In this document: positions 60,313-64,000 of the stretch, piece after piece | Layout of the letters: each line of letters begins with the position of its first letter | How positions within the stretch are numbered: position 1 is the first letter of the stretch | Assembly (NCBI GenBank): GCA_964490125.1 | Contig: CAZBAJ010000004.1 | Location: forward strand, 7,662-71,661 | Direction: 5' to 3' | Origin: an uncultured Candidatus Saccharibacteria bacterium | Lineage (GTDB): Bacteria; Patescibacteriota; WWE3; UBA101185; UBA10185 | Length of the DNA stretch: 64,000 bases | Program-made: the position numbers and the translations under genes | The notes under the pieces: model-generated | Seen by the model: only the letters and a program-made list of their open reading frames with translations | Databases searched by the model: none | Told to the model about the DNA's origin: nothing

Positions 60313-60417
60313 TAAAAGTCAACGGTGTTGACTAATAAAGGGCATTATTAGTCAGTGTCATTGACTACCCTGGTATACATTGCAACTGCGGTTTTAATGG
60401 TAATTTCGTATAATCTA

Positions 60418-60494
60418 TGGTGGGCCCCACAGGATTCGAACCTGTGACCTCTACAATGTCAATGTAGCGCTCTAACCAGCTGAGCTAGGAGCCC
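60418..60494 (-). tRNA. tRNA-Val(GAC)
   Basis: GGGCTCCTAGCTCAGCTGGTTAGAGCGCTACATTGACATTGTAGAGGTCACAGGTTCGAATCCTGTGGGGCCCACCA: full cloverleaf, GAC anticodon, encoded CCA. Confidence 0.97.
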
Positions 60495-61120
60495 TTTTTA
60501 GCGCCCTTCTGCGGCTCGTAGATTTTATCAATTAGCCCATATTCCAGGGTTTGCTTGGCGTCCATCCAGTTGTCGCGCTCAATGTCCGCCATAACTTTGT
60601 CGTACGGTTGACCAGACTCGTCAGAAATAATCCGCGCGTATTGCTCCCTAAGCTTCAGCATGTGCTGGGCGGTAATTCTAACATCGGTTTCCTGACCTTC
60701 TATCCCGCCGGAAGTCTGATGAATCATGCTGTACGACCCGGGAAGTGCAAACCTTTTGCCCTTTGTGCCACCAACCAAAATCATAGCCCCCGCCGATGCC
60801 GCCAGTCCAACATTTATAGTAGTAATCTCGTTTTTGACGTACTTCATGGTGTCGTACATGGCACGACCAGCGTAAGCTTCTCCACCCGGCGAGTTTATGT
60901 AGACATTAATATCGCGTGTCTCGTCCTGACTCTCTAAAAACAGCAGTTGAGCAATAAAAGTATTAGCGACAGCAAGGTCAATTGGACCAGTCACGAAGAC
61001 GATAAAATCCTTTAACAAGCGGGAATAAATATCGTATGCCCGTTCAAACCCGTTGGGATCTTTTTCTACAACGGTTGGGATTAAAACACTGTTCTGCATT
61101 TTATGTTGTGTTCGCATCAT
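60485..61120 (-). CDS. clpP: ATP-dependent Clp protease proteolytic subunit
   Basis: DIYSRLL, YINSPGG, AAS (catalytic Ser), MIHQ, ERD; SD GAGGAG before ATG 61120. Confidence 0.95.
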   Translation of the reverse strand: MMRTQHKMQNSVLIPTVVEKDPNGFERAYDIYSRLLKDFIVFVTGPIDLAVANTFIAQLLFLESQDETRDINVYINSPGGEAYAGRAMYDTMKYVKNEITTINVGLAASAGAMILVGGTKGKRFALPGSYSMIHQTSGGIEGQETDVRITAQHMLKLREQYARIISDESGQPYDKVMADIERDNWMDAKQTLEYGLIDKIYEPQKGAKKGS

Positions 61121-61124
61121 CGTT

Positions 61125-62225
61125 TTACTCCTCTTTTCCTCCATCTTCTACATCTTGCTTGCTTTTATCCGGTCCTTTGTCAACAGCCTTAACCTTGTCA
61201 CCACCCACATGTTCTCCCTCGCCCTCAACCACGGAAATTAGCTTCCATATCAACTTGTTCTTGGCAATTATAGCCTTTATATAAGCTTTTTCCAAGGGGT
61301 TTTGCATGTACCGCTCTTTGAGTTTGGCGTCGCCCATCGCGTCAGCCGTAGCCTCCACCTCTTTGTCGTCCACCTCTACCTTTTCTTTAGCCACAACGTC
61401 CACCAAAGCCATCTCGCTTGCTACATTTTTTTGTGCAACCTGAGCGTATTCTGCTCGCAACTGGTCGCCCGTTTTATTTATTGATTTTAAATATGCGTCC
61501 ATGCCCAAATTTAGAGGTTGCAATTGTTGGACGAGCCTAGAAAGCATTCGGTTGACCTCTTCTTCCAGCACCATGTCCGGGATTTCTACCTGTGTGACGG
61601 TTAAAATTGCGTCTACAATGTCCGTTGGTGACATGTGGACATGCGTCTCTCTATTGTCTGTTGGGTTTTTTTCTACTTTATTCTGATTATCGTCTGATTG
61701 GCCTTCTTGGTTTCCATCCTTGCTAGAAGTCGTTTGTGTATCCTTAGCTTTATCCGATTGATCTTTGGGCTGTTCGACACCATCGCTTTGTCTAGATTTG
61801 TCGATACGAGTTTGCAAAGCTGTGTCTACTTTTTTATCGTACGACTTTTTAATTGCCTGCCGGTAATCCCCTACCTTAATAGGCGGTCGAACTGCCGTTT
61901 CTGCTGTAAAAGTAAAATCTTTCTCTGCGTCGTAAGCTTCTATTTCTATTTTTGGACTAATTATGGGCAAAAGTTTTTGCTCTTCCACCGCCTGTGGATA
62001 GTAGGTTTTTACCAAATGGCTCATAACTTCCCCATCAAACTTTTGGGGGTCAATTTTTTGTTTGACAAGCTCCGTTGGCGCTTTGCCTTTTCTAAAGCCG
62101 TCCAGCTCCGCGTCCTTAACAATGTCGGCAAGCACTTTTTCCTGCCCTGCTTTTACCTGGTCAACAGGTACCGTAATAGTAAGTTTTATAGCCGATTTTG
62201 GTAGTTTTTGCACCGATACTTGCAT
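61125..62225 (-). CDS. tig: Trigger factor lacking the PPIase domain
   Basis: GFRKGKAP ribosome-binding motif; FKBP domain replaced by a polar low-complexity linker; SurA-like C-terminus; start re-set to 62225. Confidence 0.88.
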   Translation of the reverse strand: MQVSVQKLPKSAIKLTITVPVDQVKAGQEKVLADIVKDAELDGFRKGKAPTELVKQKIDPQKFDGEVMSHLVKTYYPQAVEEQKLLPIISPKIEIEAYDAEKDFTFTAETAVRPPIKVGDYRQAIKKSYDKKVDTALQTRIDKSRQSDGVEQPKDQSDKAKDTQTTSSKDGNQEGQSDDNQNKVEKNPTDNRETHVHMSPTDIVDAILTVTQVEIPDMVLEEEVNRMLSRLVQQLQPLNLGMDAYLKSINKTGDQLRAEYAQVAQKNVASEMALVDVVAKEKVEVDDKEVEATADAMGDAKLKERYMQNPLEKAYIKAIIAKNKLIWKLISVVEGEGEHVGGDKVKAVDKGPDKSKQDVEDGGKEE

Positions 62226-62266
62226 AGGAAAGTATTTTACCACACTCCGTCCCAGTCGGTTTAAAT

Positions 62267-62295
62267 TTGACTTTCGATAAAGATCGAAATACACT
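62267..62295 (+). promoter_or_regulatory. Sigma70 promoter with a palindromic operator in the spacer
   Basis: TTGACT-17-TACACT; TTTCGAT-aaag-ATCGAAA at 62272-62289. Confidence 0.7.
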
Positions 62296-62304
62296 CTATT
62301 TACC

Positions 62305-62913
62305 TTGCTAAAAATCGAAACAATCTGGCACTACCTATTATATGAGGTTCTAGAAAAGGGTCGGACCAATTTTACCCAGCAAGATTTGGCCAAGGAATTT
62401 GGCTTTTCTACCAGTACCGTCCATCACGCCTTGGATGTTCCAACACAGCTTGGCGCGGTGAGAAAAACCGGCAAGGGTTTTGCTTTGGATAATTATCAAA
62501 AACTCCTTTATTATTGGGCAAGCGTCCGAAGACTAGAAAGAGACATCATTTTTTCTTGTTATGTGGACAAAGATGTTCGCCAAATTGAGTCGACCGTTCC
62601 CCCGGAGTCGATTTTTGCCGGTTACAGCGCTTACAGAATGAGATACCAAGAACCTGCGGGTGATTATTCCAAAGTCCATATTTATTTGGAAAAAGCCGTG
62701 AAACAGGAGATTTTTGGGCGGATGGATATAAAACAGTCCGACAAAGACAGGGAACCCAATTTTTTTGTTCTTAAAAAGTCGCCCGACATGGAAAAATACG
62801 GTAAAATAACCACGATTCCTCAAACCTTTGTTGACATTTGGAACCTGTCGGACTGGTATTCTGGGGAATTTGTGACGCAGTTAAAGGAAAAGATGCATGG
62901 ATTATTATCATGA
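62305..62913 (+). CDS. Winged-HTH protein, AbiEi-like (type IV TA antitoxin candidate)
   Basis: FTQQDLAKEFGFSTSTVHHAL HTH, LL.YWA, AGYSAY, QTFVDIWN. Confidence 0.65.
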   Translation: MLKIETIWHYLLYEVLEKGRTNFTQQDLAKEFGFSTSTVHHALDVPTQLGAVRKTGKGFALDNYQKLLYYWASVRRLERDIIFSCYVDKDVRQIESTVPPESIFAGYSAYRMRYQEPAGDYSKVHIYLEKAVKQEIFGRMDIKQSDKDREPNFFVLKKSPDMEKYGKITTIPQTFVDIWNLSDWYSGEFVTQLKEKMHGLLS

Positions 62914-63499
62914 TATTCTTACAACCAAAAGCTGGGAGGAGCTTAAGCGCATTAAGGGTCAGTTGGACTTTGTGCTTATTGGCGGTTGGGCGGTTTATCT
63001 TTATACCAAGGCTTTAAAGTCAAAAGACATTGACATCTTAATAAATTACGACGGTTTAGATAAGTTGCGCCAGCTATACCCCAATGTTTACAAGAATGAA
63101 CGCTTGGCTAAGTACGAGGCGGTGCTGGGAGATATACAAGTGGATGTATACTTACCCCACTTTTCAAAAATCGGTTTACCGGTGGAAGAACTTATCGAAG
63201 AAAAAAAAGTGGTTGACGGGTTTACTGTACTGGATCCAGACTACTTGATGGTTTTAAAGATAATTACTCATGCGGAGAGAAAAGGAACATCTAAAGGTCG
63301 TAAGGATTTTTTGGACTTGGTGTCTTTGGTAAAAAGCGGGGCGCCAAAGTTTTCTGAAGTTGCCTACCTCGCACAAATAAATGAGTTTGATCAGCAATTC
63401 AGCGCATTTTTATCTGATTTTATGGAGACTTCCGAAGTCAAGGAATTAGGATTGAACCCATACAGTTTTTCTAGGTTAAAAAGAACTCTGAAACACTAG
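62897..63499 (+). CDS. Pol-beta-like nucleotidyltransferase, AbiEii-like toxin candidate
   Basis: LIGGWAV, SKDIDI, LK....ER...KGRKDFLD; overlaps the HTH gene. Confidence 0.72.
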   Translation: MDYYHDILTTKSWEELKRIKGQLDFVLIGGWAVYLYTKALKSKDIDILINYDGLDKLRQLYPNVYKNERLAKYEAVLGDIQVDVYLPHFSKIGLPVEELIEEKKVVDGFTVLDPDYLMVLKIITHAERKGTSKGRKDFLDLVSLVKSGAPKFSEVAYLAQINEFDQQFSAFLSDFMETSEVKELGLNPYSFSRLKRTLKH

Positions 63500-63528
63500 A
63501 TATTTAAAATATTTGCAGTTCGTCTTTG

Positions 63529-63763
63529 TCAATATAACTGGCTGTGAGTACCCAAAGTTTCAAAAACTGCAATTTGCCCGCCAGTCTCCCGTAATATTTA
63601 TGCTTCTGAAACCTGCCAGTTCTCCTTTTAACGCGTGATTTTTTAGAACAGGGTTAATGTGGTTGGTTACAAAAAATCCAAGACGCTGGTCGACTTTGTT
63701 TTTTACAAACTGATCGCATTTATTATATTTTTTAAGGAAGTTAGCCGACAACTCGAATACCAT
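63529..63763 (-). pseudogene. Frameshifted RelE/YafQ-family toxin
   Basis: NHALKGELAGFRSINITGDWRA, then a stop. The family C-terminus IAVFETLGTHSQLY continues in another frame to TGA at 63529. Confidence 0.75.
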
Positions 63764-63983
63764 TTTGATACTTCTTACTGGGGCTGTGTAACCAATCCAA
63801 CATTTTATCTACGCTATCAAATGTAGGAGAAACAAAACCGTCGTCCACATTACTTTTATTTTCCTCTAGCTCTCTAAGCGTATTCTTGTTAGGAATTTCC
63901 CTGGGTCGATACCACAAAACCTCTTTTAAATATTCGTAGGAAGCTATAATCCCGTTTTTACTTGCAGTATAAATGTTGAACAA
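63741..63983 (-). CDS. DinJ/RelB-like antitoxin (5' end uncertain at the window edge)
   Basis: EIPNKNT...EE...SPTFDSVDKMLDWL C-terminal motif; overlaps the toxin start. Confidence 0.6.
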   Translation of the reverse strand: MFNIYTASKNGIIASYEYLKEVLWYRPREIPNKNTLRELEENKSNVDDGFVSPTFDSVDKMLDWLHSPSKKYQNGIRVVG

Positions 63984-64000
63984 GATGTCGACAAAAGAAA

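Overview
This 64-kb window is bacterial chromosome in the standard genetic code, and it reads like a Patescibacteria/CPR organism (Microgenomates/WWE3-like; this is an inference). Signs of that are a monoderm type IV pilus locus with many pilins and no secretin, rpsP-khpA-trmD without rimM, reduced tig, pheT and atpH, and many leaderless promoters. It carries gyrA, gyrB, hppA, holB, a 13-kb type IV pilus cluster, rnc, acp, nusB, rpmF, recG, tyrS, a class A PBP, pheST, thrS-infC-rpmI-rplT, truB, an F-type ATP synthase operon with an inserted beta-carbonic-anhydrase-like gene, tRNA-Val(GAC), clpP and tig. Toxin-antitoxin or defence-like genes are scattered among these. The strongest candidate for something new is a 411-aa AlaRS paralogue with no editing domain: both its amino-acid pocket and its G3:U70 tRNA-recognition residues are substituted, the pocket in a GlyQ-like way, and it sits head-to-head with an EamA transporter across a 19-bp bidirectional promoter. 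Other notable signals: an 870-bp non-coding region with nested inverted boxes (origin-like or a structured RNA), a G9 tract that switches off a gene coupled to rnc, a Thr-rich leader peptide before thrS, a tRNA overlapping the clpP stop codon, palindromic repeats inside trmD, a mini-GreA, and an NYN-linked hairpin. All family calls come from motif recognition by eye; no database search was run.
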